Of a stretch of 64,000 bases of DNA, positions 55,442 to 64,000 are shown in pieces. Origin of the DNA: Rhodococcus sovatensis (lineage in GTDB: Bacteria; Actinomycetota; Actinomycetes; Mycobacteriales; Mycobacteriaceae); assembly GCF_037327425.1 (NCBI RefSeq), contig NZ_CP147846.1, forward strand, positions 2,604,963-2,668,962, read 5' to 3'. Position 1 is the first letter of the stretch. Every line of letters begins with the position of its first letter. The notes under the pieces are model-generated. The model had not been told where the DNA came from. It worked only from the letters and a program-made list of their open reading frames with translations, and did not search any database. The translations under genes were made by a program, and so were the position numbers.

Positions 55442-56293
55442 TCACCCGAGCGCGATCAGGCCCACCGCCCCGAGGGCCAGGACCATTCCTGCCTGCTGGA
55501 TACGAGACACGCGTTCGCCCAGCATGACCATCGCCAACATCACGGTCGCAGCGGGATACAACGACGCGATCACGCTGACCAAAGACAGTAGTCCGCCTTG
55601 ATAGGCGTACAGCAAGGCTGCATTTGCGATCACGTCGAGAGTTCCGACGAAAGCGCACAGCTTCAACACGCTGCCATGGGGCGCCGAGAAATGTCCTGAC
55701 GCGAGCGCGACGCACCAGACCACCGCCGTCGCGGACGCCCGTGAGGCTGCGAGTGGCCACAAACCCGATTCGTCGCCGATCTGGTGCAGGCAGATGAAGG
55801 CGACCGCGAATGTCACACCGGATCCGACGGTCAACCACGCCACGGTCCTGGTGAACTTCAACTCGCGTCCGCCTGCGACCTCGCCCGCAGCCTCGTCGGG
55901 AGACTCCTTGCTGACCAGCACGACGGCAATCAACGCCAACGCAATTCCTGCGAAGGCAAGAACTCCGGGACGCTCGCCCAGACCGAACCCCGCGACGACA
56001 GGTATCCCTGCCACGAGCACTGCCGTCAACGGGGACACTACAGACATCGGACCCGAGGCCAGCGCCACGTAGAACCACCACACCGCGACACCACCGGCGA
56101 CACCGGACGCGAGTCCCCACAGAATGGGCGCAAGCGATATCGACCCACCGACGAACGGCGCGATGAGCAGCACCAGCAGGAGTGAGAAAGGATACGAGAC
56201 GATGACGACCCTCAGAGCGGCCACTCGGCGAGAGGCCACACCTCCGACGAAATCACTGACGCCGTAGCCGAACGCGGCGACGAGCGCCAGCAC
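55442..56293 (-). CDS. DMT/EamA-family transporter
   Basis: 10 transmembrane helices; two EamA repeats. Confidence 0.75.
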   Translation of the reverse strand: MLALVAAFGYGVSDFVGGVASRRVAALRVVIVSYPFSLLLVLLIAPFVGGSISLAPILWGLASGVAGGVAVWWFYVALASGPMSVVSPLTAVLVAGIPVVAGFGLGERPGVLAFAGIALALIAVVLVSKESPDEAAGEVAGGRELKFTRTVAWLTVGSGVTFAVAFICLHQIGDESGLWPLAASRASATAVVWCVALASGHFSAPHGSVLKLCAFVGTLDVIANAALLYAYQGGLLSLVSVIASLYPAATVMLAMVMLGERVSRIQQAGMVLALGAVGLIALG

Positions 56294-56301
56294 TATTGCT
56301 G

Positions 56302-56775
56302 TCAGCGCATGCCCTTGATACGACGCCCGAGCTCGCGTGTCACCTCACGCTCGGCTGTGCGACGTGCGAGGTCCTGACGCTTGTCGTAGTCCTGCTTGCC
56401 CTTGGCGAGCGCAAGCTCGACCTTGACCTTGCCGTCGGAGAAGTACATCGACAACGGCACGAGCGTGAGCGATCCTTCTTTCGTCTTGCCGACCAGCCGC
56501 TCGATCTCACGCTTGTGCAGCAACAGCTTTCGAGTACGGCGCGGCGCGTGGTTGGTCCAGCTCCCCTGGGTGTACTCGGGGATGTGCAAACCACGAAGCC
56601 AGATCTCGCCGTCGTCGACCGTCGCGAACGAGTCGGCGAGCGAGGCTTGCCCATCGCGGAGACTCTTCACTTCGGTTCCGACGAGTGCAATACCTGCCTC
56701 GTAGACATCCAGAATCGAGTAGTGATGCCGCGCTTTGCGGTTGGTCGCGATGGCCTTGCGGCCCTTTTCTCTCAC
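56302..56775 (-). CDS. smpB: SsrA-binding protein SmpB
   Basis: [31 protein letters not shown], the canonical SmpB sequence. Confidence 0.95.
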   Translation of the reverse strand: MREKGRKAIATNRKARHHYSILDVYEAGIALVGTEVKSLRDGQASLADSFATVDDGEIWLRGLHIPEYTQGSWTNHAPRRTRKLLLHKREIERLVGKTKEGSLTLVPLSMYFSDGKVKVELALAKGKQDYDKRQDLARRTAEREVTRELGRRIKGMR

Positions 56776-56892
56776 TTCAGGGCCCTTTCTCGAGCGCCGT
56801 TACTTCGCGTACGCGTCCATCGCGCAACCGCTCCAGCATAGAACTGCCGCGCAATCGAATTTCTTCCCGGCGACGAAACCGCAGTTCCGGAT

Positions 56893-57798
56893 CTATTCGC
56901 GGACGTAGAGCCGCAGCGTGATGTACGCGGTGACCGCAGCCATACCGATCCCGACGAGCGCGAGGAACGGCGAGACGAGCAACACGTCGCTGTTGGAGAT
57001 GCGCGCGAGGATGTTTGCGTCGTACACCTCCGAGAGCACGTCGTCGATGAACAAGTTCTTCGCTGTGAACAATCCGGCGATGGCGAGAGCAGAGCCGATG
57101 AGTGCAGCGACCACGGCTTCGAGCAAGAACGGCAACTGCGTGTACCACCGGGTTGCACCGACCAGTCGCATGATCCCGACCTCGGTACGCCTGGTGAACG
57201 CAGCGATCTGCACCATGTTGGCGATCAGCAGCACAGCCGCGATCGCCTGCACGATGGCAATTGCGAAGGCTGCGTTGCGAACACCGTTGAGCACGCTGAA
57301 CAGTCGCTCGACGAGATCTCGCTGGTTCAGCACGCTTTGCACGCCCGGTTGACCGGCGAAGTTGTCGTTGATGACACCGAACCGCTCCGGGTCGCTCAGT
57401 TTCACCTTGAACGATGCCGGGAAGCTATCCGGGCTGACGAGTTCGGCAAGTTCGGGTTGATCCTTGAAAACTCGTTCGGTTGCGTCCTTCACCGCGTCGT
57501 CACGGTTCAAATACTCCACCGACACGACCGCAGGCGTCTGGTCGAGTTCGCTACGAAGGGTCGCGCACGTCTCCGCCGCGCAGTCGGGGTCGGTCGCCGA
57601 AACGTCGTCGGTAAGGAAGATCTGCACTTCGACCCGGTCGAGGAAGATCTGCTGCGTCTTGCCCGCCATCTGGACGACGAGCAGCCCGCCGCCGAACAGA
57701 CCGAGCGATATCGCGGTCGTCAGGATCATGGCAATGGTCATGGTGATGTTGCGGCGTAGTCCGGTCAGAACTTCGCTGAAGATGAAACTTGCGCGCAT
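56893..57798 (-). CDS. ftsX: Cell-division ABC transporter permease FtsX
   Basis: 4 transmembrane helices plus extracellular domain; follows ftsE. Confidence 0.85.
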   Translation of the reverse strand: MRASFIFSEVLTGLRRNITMTIAMILTTAISLGLFGGGLLVVQMAGKTQQIFLDRVEVQIFLTDDVSATDPDCAAETCATLRSELDQTPAVVSVEYLNRDDAVKDATERVFKDQPELAELVSPDSFPASFKVKLSDPERFGVINDNFAGQPGVQSVLNQRDLVERLFSVLNGVRNAAFAIAIVQAIAAVLLIANMVQIAAFTRRTEVGIMRLVGATRWYTQLPFLLEAVVAALIGSALAIAGLFTAKNLFIDDVLSEVYDANILARISNSDVLLVSPFLALVGIGMAAVTAYITLRLYVRE

Positions 57799-57876
57799 CG
57801 GTTGATCCGGGCCCTTCGGTGTCTACGGTCTTGGAATGTCTGATCGTTCGGCACTCGGCACAGAGTGCAGGGGCAC

Positions 57877-58566
57877 TTACCTGCCGACGCCGTAGACCCC
57901 ACGGGCTTCGTCGCGCACCACGCGCCCGTTGTCGAGTTCGATGACCCGGCGACGCATCGAGTCGACGATGTGGTTGTCGTGCGTTGCCATCAGAACCGTC
58001 GTTCCGGTCCGGTTGATGCGTTCGAGCAGCATCATGATGTCCTGGCTCGTATCCGGGTCGAGGTTTCCGGTCGGCTCGTCCGCGAGCAAGACCAGAGGCC
58101 TGTTGACGAACGCCCGGGCAATCGCGACCCGCTGCTGCTCACCACCGGAAAGCTCGGTCGGGAGCCGATCCGACTTTCCGCCGAGCCCGACCAGATCCAG
58201 CACCTCGGGCACTGTTCTCTTGATCATAGAGCGCGGCTTTCCGATCACTTCGAGAGCAAACGCGACGTTTTCGACGACGGTCTTCTGCTGAAGCAATCGG
58301 AAATCCTGAAACACACACCCCATGGACTGTCGCAATTTGGGTACGCGCCGAGACGACAGACGATTGACGTGAAAGTCCGCGACATGGATGTCGCCCGAGG
58401 TAGGCGTCTCTTCCTTGAGGAGCAGTCGCATGAACGTCGACTTCCCTGAACCAGAGGGACCGATGAGGAAGACGAAGTCCCCTTTTTCCACCGAGACCGT
58501 CACGTCGTCCAAAGCTGGTCTGGTCGACGTCTTGTAGGACTTGGAGAGATTCGAGGTGCTGATCAC
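57877..58566 (-). CDS. ftsE: Cell-division ABC transporter ATPase FtsE
   Basis: Walker [10 protein letters not shown], signature LSGGEQQRV, Walker [13 protein letters not shown]. Confidence 0.9.
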   Translation of the reverse strand: MISTSNLSKSYKTSTRPALDDVTVSVEKGDFVFLIGPSGSGKSTFMRLLLKEETPTSGDIHVADFHVNRLSSRRVPKLRQSMGCVFQDFRLLQQKTVVENVAFALEVIGKPRSMIKRTVPEVLDLVGLGGKSDRLPTELSGGEQQRVAIARAFVNRPLVLLADEPTGNLDPDTSQDIMMLLERINRTGTTVLMATHDNHIVDSMRRRVIELDNGRVVRDEARGVYGVGR

Positions 58567-58633
58567 GGGTCGCCAGTGTAGCCCTTACTTGCCGGTAACC
58601 GACCGGGGCAACATGTGTGTTGCCTGTGGAAAT

Positions 58634-59090
58634 CTAGGGGCTGGGAGTGGCGCTCGGCTCTGACGGGAACAACGATCGCAACTGCGGTGGTACGGGCACC
58701 CCGGGTAGGAACGTCGGTTCCTGTGTACCGGATTCGCTCGAGGTGGAGCTGCCTGAGGATCCCGGCTCCCCAGGGGTCGCCCCGGTGTTCGACGGGTCCT
58801 CGGTGTTCGAGGGATCGACGGTAGAGCTCGGCGGAGTCGTCGTCGAAGGTTCGGTGTACTCGGACTGATAGTTCGGCTGAACTCCCGTGTACTGGCTCGT
58901 GTCGACCGGCTGGGGACCCTGCACCTCGGCTGGTTCGGGTCGCACCTGGTTGTACAGAAGAGCGGTGAGGACGAAGCAGATACCGAGAGCCACCGTCGAC
59001 GTCCGGACCCGCCCATAGATCCTGGATGGGATCTTCCAGCTGCGCGACCGCCGATCTGTGCCGTCCGTACCGCCGTCGTGTTCGGTCATC
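58634..59090 (-). CDS. Pro/Thr/Ser-rich single-pass membrane protein (hypothetical)
   Basis: Start MTEHDGG...; one transmembrane helix (VALGICFVLTALLY), then a low-complexity TTPPSSTVDPSNTEDPSNT tail. The ATG overlaps the mscS stop. Confidence 0.5.
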
Positions 59091-60003
59091 GCTCGTCCCC
59101 CCGGTCGGACGACGCGCTTTCCGGCGCGACACCTGCTGTGGACAGATCGGGACTGACGCTGATTCCTTCGGGCCGCAGAGCCGCGGCGACCCGAACACGC
59201 AGATCGCGGCCGACGTGAAATTGCTTGCCCGGCAGGGTCCGTGCCACGAGCCGCACGTTCACCACATCGACCTCGATACTCTCGACGCCCATCACGGTCG
59301 GCTCGTCCAGCAGCAGTGGGCGAATCTGTGGATCCTCGAAGGCTTCGCGACCGACACTCCTGAGGATTTCGTTGACCCGGTTCAGGTCGGCACTCGATGG
59401 GATCGGAACATCGACCACAGCACGAGCCCAATCCTTGGACAGGTTGATGACTTTGACGATCTGACCGTTGGGAACGGTGATCACTTCACCGTCGACGCTG
59501 CGGACGCGGGTGACCCGCAGCGTCACGTCCTCGACGGTGCCTTCGGCGTCCTCGGCCGACCCGGTCACCGCGATCTGGACGACGTCACCGAAGCCGTACT
59601 GACGTTCGGTGATGATGAAGAAGCCGGCGAGGATGTCCTGCACGACGCGTTGTGCACCGAAACCCAGCGCTGCGCCGAGTACCGCGGCCGGAGCCACCAG
59701 TCCGCTGGCTGCGAATCCGAATCGGCGTAGCACTTCGATCGTCACGAGTACGTAGACCAACGTGACAGCGACCCAGGTGATCACCTGAGCAAGAGCGTGA
59801 CGATGTTTGGCGGCTTCGGTTCGCACCAGTGCGTCACTGTGCTGATAGTTCGAGTCGATCCGCGCGGTGATACGCGATCCGACGTAGCTGATGAAACGCG
59901 CCGTGAGCATTCCACCGAGGATGTACAGCACGATTTCGAGCCCACTGCCGTATAGCCAACCCTCCAGGTCCGCTGGCAGGCCGAGCGAGAGTGCTGTGAC
60001 CAT
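59086..60003 (-). CDS. Small-conductance mechanosensitive channel (MscS family)
   Basis: 3 transmembrane helices and the MscS beta domain (Rv3104c-like). Confidence 0.8.
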   Translation of the reverse strand: MVTALSLGLPADLEGWLYGSGLEIVLYILGGMLTARFISYVGSRITARIDSNYQHSDALVRTEAAKHRHALAQVITWVAVTLVYVLVTIEVLRRFGFAASGLVAPAAVLGAALGFGAQRVVQDILAGFFIITERQYGFGDVVQIAVTGSAEDAEGTVEDVTLRVTRVRSVDGEVITVPNGQIVKVINLSKDWARAVVDVPIPSSADLNRVNEILRSVGREAFEDPQIRPLLLDEPTVMGVESIEVDVVNVRLVARTLPGKQFHVGRDLRVRVAAALRPEGISVSPDLSTAGVAPESASSDRGDER

Positions 60004-60009
60004 GGTGTT

Positions 60010-61122
60010 CTACTCGTCCCCGCGCATGCGCCAACGAATTCCCGCTTCAAGGAAACCGTCGATGTCACCGTCGAGCACGGACGAGGGATTGTTGACCTCG
60101 TATTCGGTGCGCAGATCCTTGACCATCTGGTACGGGTGCAGCACGTACGAGCGCATCTGGTTTCCCCAGGAACTGCCACCGTCGCCTTTGAGGGCGTCCA
60201 TCTCGGCGCGTTCTTCCTTGCGCTTGACCTCGAGAAGTTTGGCCTGCAGAACGCGCATGGCCGAGACCTTGTTCTGCAACTGCGACTTCTCGTTCTGACA
60301 CGTGACGACGATGCCCGTCGGGATATGCGTCAGGCGAACTGCGGAGTCCGTCGTGTTGACCGACTGACCACCGGGGCCACTGGATCGGTAGACGTCGACG
60401 CGGATGTCACCCTCGGGAATCTCGATGTGGTCGGTCGTTTCGACGACAGGAAGAACCTCGACCTCGGCGAACGACGTCTGGCGACGGCCCTGGTTGTCGA
60501 ACGGACTGATACGCACGAGGCGGTGGGTGCCCTGCTCGACGGACAGGGTTCCGTAGGTGTACGGCGCCTTGACCGCGAACGTCGCGCTCTTGATGCCCGC
60601 TTCCTCGGCGTAGGACGTGTCGTACACCTCGACGCTGTAACCGTGCTTCTCCGCCCAACGGATATACATGCGCATCAGCATCTCGGCCCAGTCCGCCGCG
60701 TCGATGCCGCCGGCGCCGGAACGAATGTTGACGAGCGCATCACGCTGGTCGTACTCACCGGACAGGAGCGTGCGCACCTCGGCCGCGGCAATGTCCTCGC
60801 GCAGCGACGCACGTTCTGCATCGGCGTCGGCGGTGGCCGATGCCTCGGCTTCGCCTTCTTCGCCTTCAGCGAGTTCGTACAGGACCGGAAGGTCGTCGAG
60901 ACGAGAACGTAGTTCTTCCACTCGGCGGAGCTCGGCCTGCGCATGCGAGAGCTGACTGGTCACTTGCTGGGCATGTTCCTGGTCGTTCCACAGATCGGGC
61001 GACGCCGCCTGATGTTCGAGCTCGTCGATGCGGCGACGGAGTTCTTCGACATCGAGAACTGACTCGATCGTAGTGAGGGTGATGTCGAGTTCGTTCAGGT
61101 CTGCGGAGACGTCAGGATGCAC
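60010..61122 (-). CDS. prfB: Peptide chain release factor 2
   Basis: SPF and GGQ ([16 protein letters not shown]) motifs; a continuous ORF with no +1 frameshift site; GTG start near 61122. Confidence 0.9.
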   Translation of the reverse strand: MHPDVSADLNELDITLTTIESVLDVEELRRRIDELEHQAASPDLWNDQEHAQQVTSQLSHAQAELRRVEELRSRLDDLPVLYELAEGEEGEAEASATADADAERASLREDIAAAEVRTLLSGEYDQRDALVNIRSGAGGIDAADWAEMLMRMYIRWAEKHGYSVEVYDTSYAEEAGIKSATFAVKAPYTYGTLSVEQGTHRLVRISPFDNQGRRQTSFAEVEVLPVVETTDHIEIPEGDIRVDVYRSSGPGGQSVNTTDSAVRLTHIPTGIVVTCQNEKSQLQNKVSAMRVLQAKLLEVKRKEERAEMDALKGDGGSSWGNQMRSYVLHPYQMVKDLRTEYEVNNPSSVLDGDIDGFLEAGIRWRMRGDE

Positions 61123-61222
61123 GAGAGTCAAGGTTACCGGCAGTTGCACGGACGGCAGACCAGAGCGTCTCACCTCGCGCCGGGGTGAGAGCGCCGTCTT
61201 CGCCCTGTCCTACTCTTGAGCA

Positions 61223-62011
61223 GTGACTTTCCCCGCCGACGACCTGCAGCTCGCCCTGTCCATCGCCGACCAGGCCGACGACATCACCCGCGATCGCTTC
61301 CTTGCACTGGACTTGAAGGTCGCAGACAAGCCCGACCTCAGCCCGGTCAGCGACGCCGATCTCGCGGTCGAAGAGAAAGTCAGGGCGATGTTGGCCGCAG
61401 AGCGACCCGAGGACGCGATACTCGGTGAGGAATTCGGCGGAGACGCGATATTCGAAGGCCGTCAATGGGTGGTCGATCCGATCGACGGAACCAAGAACTT
61501 CGTCCGCGGAGTTCCGGTCTGGGCGTCCTTGATCGCGCTTCTCGTGGACGGCGTCCCCGTCGTCGGCGTGATCAGCGCACCGGCCCTGAACCGTCGATGG
61601 TGGGCAGCGCAGGGCGACGGCGCCTGGACGTCGTACGACGGTGGCGAGTCCCGTTCGATCGCGGTGTCCTCCGTCAGCGAGCTCTCGTCTGCGAGCCTGA
61701 GTTTCGCGAGCCTGTCCGGTTGGCAGGATCGCAACATCCGTGATCGGTTCATCGAACTGACCGATGCCGTCTGGCGAGTTCGGGGCTACGGCGACTTCTT
61801 CTCGTACTGCTTGCTCGCCGAGGGCACCCTCGACATTGCGACCGAACCCGAGGTCTCACTGTGGGACCTTGCTCCGCTCGACATTCTCGTCCGAGAGGCG
61901 GGCGGGCGCTTCACCTCGCTCGACGGAGATCCGGGCCCCCACGGCGGGAGTGCGGTGGCCACGAACGGCTTGTTGCAGGACGAGGTCTTGGACCGCCTAC
62001 GACCGGTGTGA
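61223..62011 (+). CDS. Inositol monophosphatase family protein (HisN/ImpA-like)
   Basis: Metal-binding motifs EEFGG and [15 protein letters not shown], typical of the IMPase family. Confidence 0.8.
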   Translation: MTFPADDLQLALSIADQADDITRDRFLALDLKVADKPDLSPVSDADLAVEEKVRAMLAAERPEDAILGEEFGGDAIFEGRQWVVDPIDGTKNFVRGVPVWASLIALLVDGVPVVGVISAPALNRRWWAAQGDGAWTSYDGGESRSIAVSSVSELSSASLSFASLSGWQDRNIRDRFIELTDAVWRVRGYGDFFSYCLLAEGTLDIATEPEVSLWDLAPLDILVREAGGRFTSLDGDPGPHGGSAVATNGLLQDEVLDRLRPV

Positions 62012-62034
62012 TCGCTAGCTAGGGTGCTCGCTGC

Positions 62035-62421
62035 TCAGGCGAACGCCGCGAACACCAACGCCAGTGCCGGAGTGATGCCTTGAACGACGGCAGGGCGGAA
62101 GTACTTCTTTCCTCCGGTCGCGAGAACGAATGCGGCCCCGACGATGCTCAAACACGCGAAGACGACGATCGCATCGCCGGCTTCGCCGCCGAGGATCAGT
62201 CCGACAAAGATTCCGACGGCCAGAAACAGGTTGTAGAAACCCTGGTTGAACGCCATCGGCCGGACAACGTCGGCGTCGGCCTGGCTAGCGACGCCGAACC
62301 TCTTCCACACCGTGGGCTTGCTCCACACCACGCTTTCGAACACGAAGATGACGACGTGAAGGATAGCCGCGAGGGCGGCGAAAATCTGGGCTAGTACAGG
62401 CACGAAGTGAGATGCTGCCAC
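62035..62421 (-). CDS. Small integral membrane protein (DUF1304/DoxX-like)
   Basis: 128 aa, 4 predicted transmembrane helices. Confidence 0.55.
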   Translation of the reverse strand: MAASHFVPVLAQIFAALAAILHVVIFVFESVVWSKPTVWKRFGVASQADADVVRPMAFNQGFYNLFLAVGIFVGLILGGEAGDAIVVFACLSIVGAAFVLATGGKKYFRPAVVQGITPALALVFAAFA

Positions 62422-62549
62422 ACCTGCCTGGATTTCCGTAGCGACTGCGCGGAGCGCACGTCACGACACACTTCTTACTCGGGAGTAGACAGCTAACTTA
62501 CCCGGGAGTAAGATAGTTCAAGTCCGAGCCCGACACCGAGAAACAGCTG

Positions 62550-63956
62550 GTGATCATGAGCAAGCAAGACAGTGTGGTCGATACGAAGCGCACAGCGCCT
62601 CGCGACACATCCGCAGTAGGCCTCAATCCGTTCAAGCGTGATGCCATCGGCACCGCTATGCGCGTGCTCACGGCCATCACCGGATCCGAACTCGCGGAGA
62701 AGTACAACCTCCGTCAGACGATCGACCGAGTGACGTACGAGAGCACCAAAACCGGCTTCAAGACCTTGGGTGCTGCGAACCGCACATTCGCCAAGGCAAC
62801 CGGAAGCGGCAAGCCGAAGCGTCTGGAAGATGCGGCCGTCAAGAACCTGGACTTTTTCGATCTGACGCCCGACGACGAACAGCGTATGATCGTAGAGACG
62901 GTCAAGGAGTTCGCCGAAGAAATTCTGCGGCCCGCAGCGTTCGACGCAGATGCGTCTGCATCCTCGCCCGAGGATCTGGTGCGTCGGTCGGCCGAGCTCG
63001 GCATCACATTCATCAACGTTCCTGAAGAGCTCGACGGTGCTGCCAGCGAACGCGGCGCCGTCACCAATGCGCTCGTCGCCGAAGCGCTCGCCCATGGCGA
63101 CATGGGACTCGCGCTCCCGATCCTCGCGCCGAGCGGGGTCGCCGTGGCCCTCACCCAGTGGGGCACCGACGCTCAGCAGAAGACGTACCTGCCGGCGTTC
63201 GTCGGGGAAAAGGTCCCGAACGCAGCAGTCGTCGTCAACGAGCCTCGCGCGCTTTTCGATCCGTTCGCGCTGAAGACGAAGGCCGTGCGGTCACCCAGCG
63301 GGTTCAAGCTCAACGGAGTCAAGAGCGTCGTGCCCGCTGCCGGCAGTTCCGAACTGTTCATAGTTGCCGCTGAGCTGGAGGGTCGCCCGGCGTTCTTCAT
63401 CGTCGAGTCGGACACCAAGGGCCTCGTCGTCGAAGCCGATCCCAGCATGGGGCTTCGCGCGGCAGGTCTCGGCCGTCTCGTGCTCACCGACGTCGCGGTT
63501 CCCGAGTCCGCGCTTCTAGGCGACGGCGACGCAGACCAGCGCGCACTCGACTACGCCGACGCCATCAGCCTCGCGCGTCTCGGATGGTCGGCTCTTGCAG
63601 TCGGTACCGGACAAGCCGTACTCGACTACGTAATCCCGTACGTCAACGAGCGTGAGGCGTTCGGAGAACCCATCAGCAACCGTCAGGCCGTCGCATTCAT
63701 GGTCGCGAACATCGCGATCGAACTGGACGGTATGCGCCTGGTAACTCTGCGCGGCGCATCGCGCGCCGAGCAGGGCAAGTCGTTCGCCCGCGAAGCCGCG
63801 CTTGCGCGACGCCTCGCAGCCGAGAAGGGCATGCAGATCGGTTCCGACGGCGTGCAGTTGCTCGGAGGACACGGCTTCACCAAGGAACACCCCGTGGAAC
63901 GCTGGTACCGCGACCTCCGCGCCGTCGGTGTCACCGAGGGCATCGTCCTCATCTGA
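62550..63956 (+). CDS. Acyl-CoA dehydrogenase family protein with an N-terminal extension
   Basis: ACAD middle and C-terminal domains (GLRAAGLGRLVLTDV, YRDLRAVGVTEG), with about 100 extra N-terminal residues. Confidence 0.8.
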   Translation: MIMSKQDSVVDTKRTAPRDTSAVGLNPFKRDAIGTAMRVLTAITGSELAEKYNLRQTIDRVTYESTKTGFKTLGAANRTFAKATGSGKPKRLEDAAVKNLDFFDLTPDDEQRMIVETVKEFAEEILRPAAFDADASASSPEDLVRRSAELGITFINVPEELDGAASERGAVTNALVAEALAHGDMGLALPILAPSGVAVALTQWGTDAQQKTYLPAFVGEKVPNAAVVVNEPRALFDPFALKTKAVRSPSGFKLNGVKSVVPAAGSSELFIVAAELEGRPAFFIVESDTKGLVVEADPSMGLRAAGLGRLVLTDVAVPESALLGDGDADQRALDYADAISLARLGWSALAVGTGQAVLDYVIPYVNEREAFGEPISNRQAVAFMVANIAIELDGMRLVTLRGASRAEQGKSFAREAALARRLAAEKGMQIGSDGVQLLGGHGFTKEHPVERWYRDLRAVGVTEGIVLI

Positions 63957-64000
63957 TTCGCCCCCCCATCTTCTCGAGAACCCCGCCAAGGAATCGATAA

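Noticed and set aside
60010-61173. Programmed +1 frameshift in prfB
   Set aside because: The RF2 ORF is continuous from the N-terminal domain through GGQ; no in-frame UGA or CUU-UGA slippery site is needed, as in other actinobacteria.

Overview
The window is a high-GC (about 65-68%) actinobacterial chromosome segment whose gene content and order suggest a Mycobacteriales genome (Rhodococcus/Nocardia-like). It is almost entirely core housekeeping DNA with strong synteny to M. tuberculosis Rv3011c-Rv3053c. The genes present include gatCA, ligA, mnmA/iscS, etfBA, the methylglucose-lipopolysaccharide (MGLP) cluster, echA, serB2, ctaD, fecB and nrdHIE/nrdF. These are followed by a molybdopterin cofactor cluster (moaD, moaA, moeA, moaC-mog, moaE), a COG0523 GTPase/amidase pair, fprB, lsr2, tRNA-Ala, pgm, tmRNA (ssrA), smpB, ftsEX and prfB, ending in a fadE gene. 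I recognised no transposases, integrases, CRISPR arrays or obvious defence genes. The features that the ordinary annotation does not explain are: (1) a strictly phased array of six ~30-bp direct repeats (about three 60-bp units), absent from the supplied ORF track, directly upstream of an SPFH membrane protein plus ribbon-helix-helix two-gene module that carries its own palindromic operator; (2) a 33-bp tandem-repeat family present at two loci, once in-frame inside an acetyltransferase gene and once intergenic; (3) a 41-codon basic ORF, not in the ORF track, with its own promoter, a near-perfect Shine-Dalgarno and an intrinsic terminator, wedged between nrdE and nrdF; (4) an unannotated zinc-independent L36 paralog (rpmJ2) with a Zur-box-like motif; (5) several candidate operators (TetR, NrdR-like, IdeR-like) and terminators; and (6) a tmRNA gene displaced from smpB by two inserted genes. 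All calls come from reading the sequence and translations, with no database searches.
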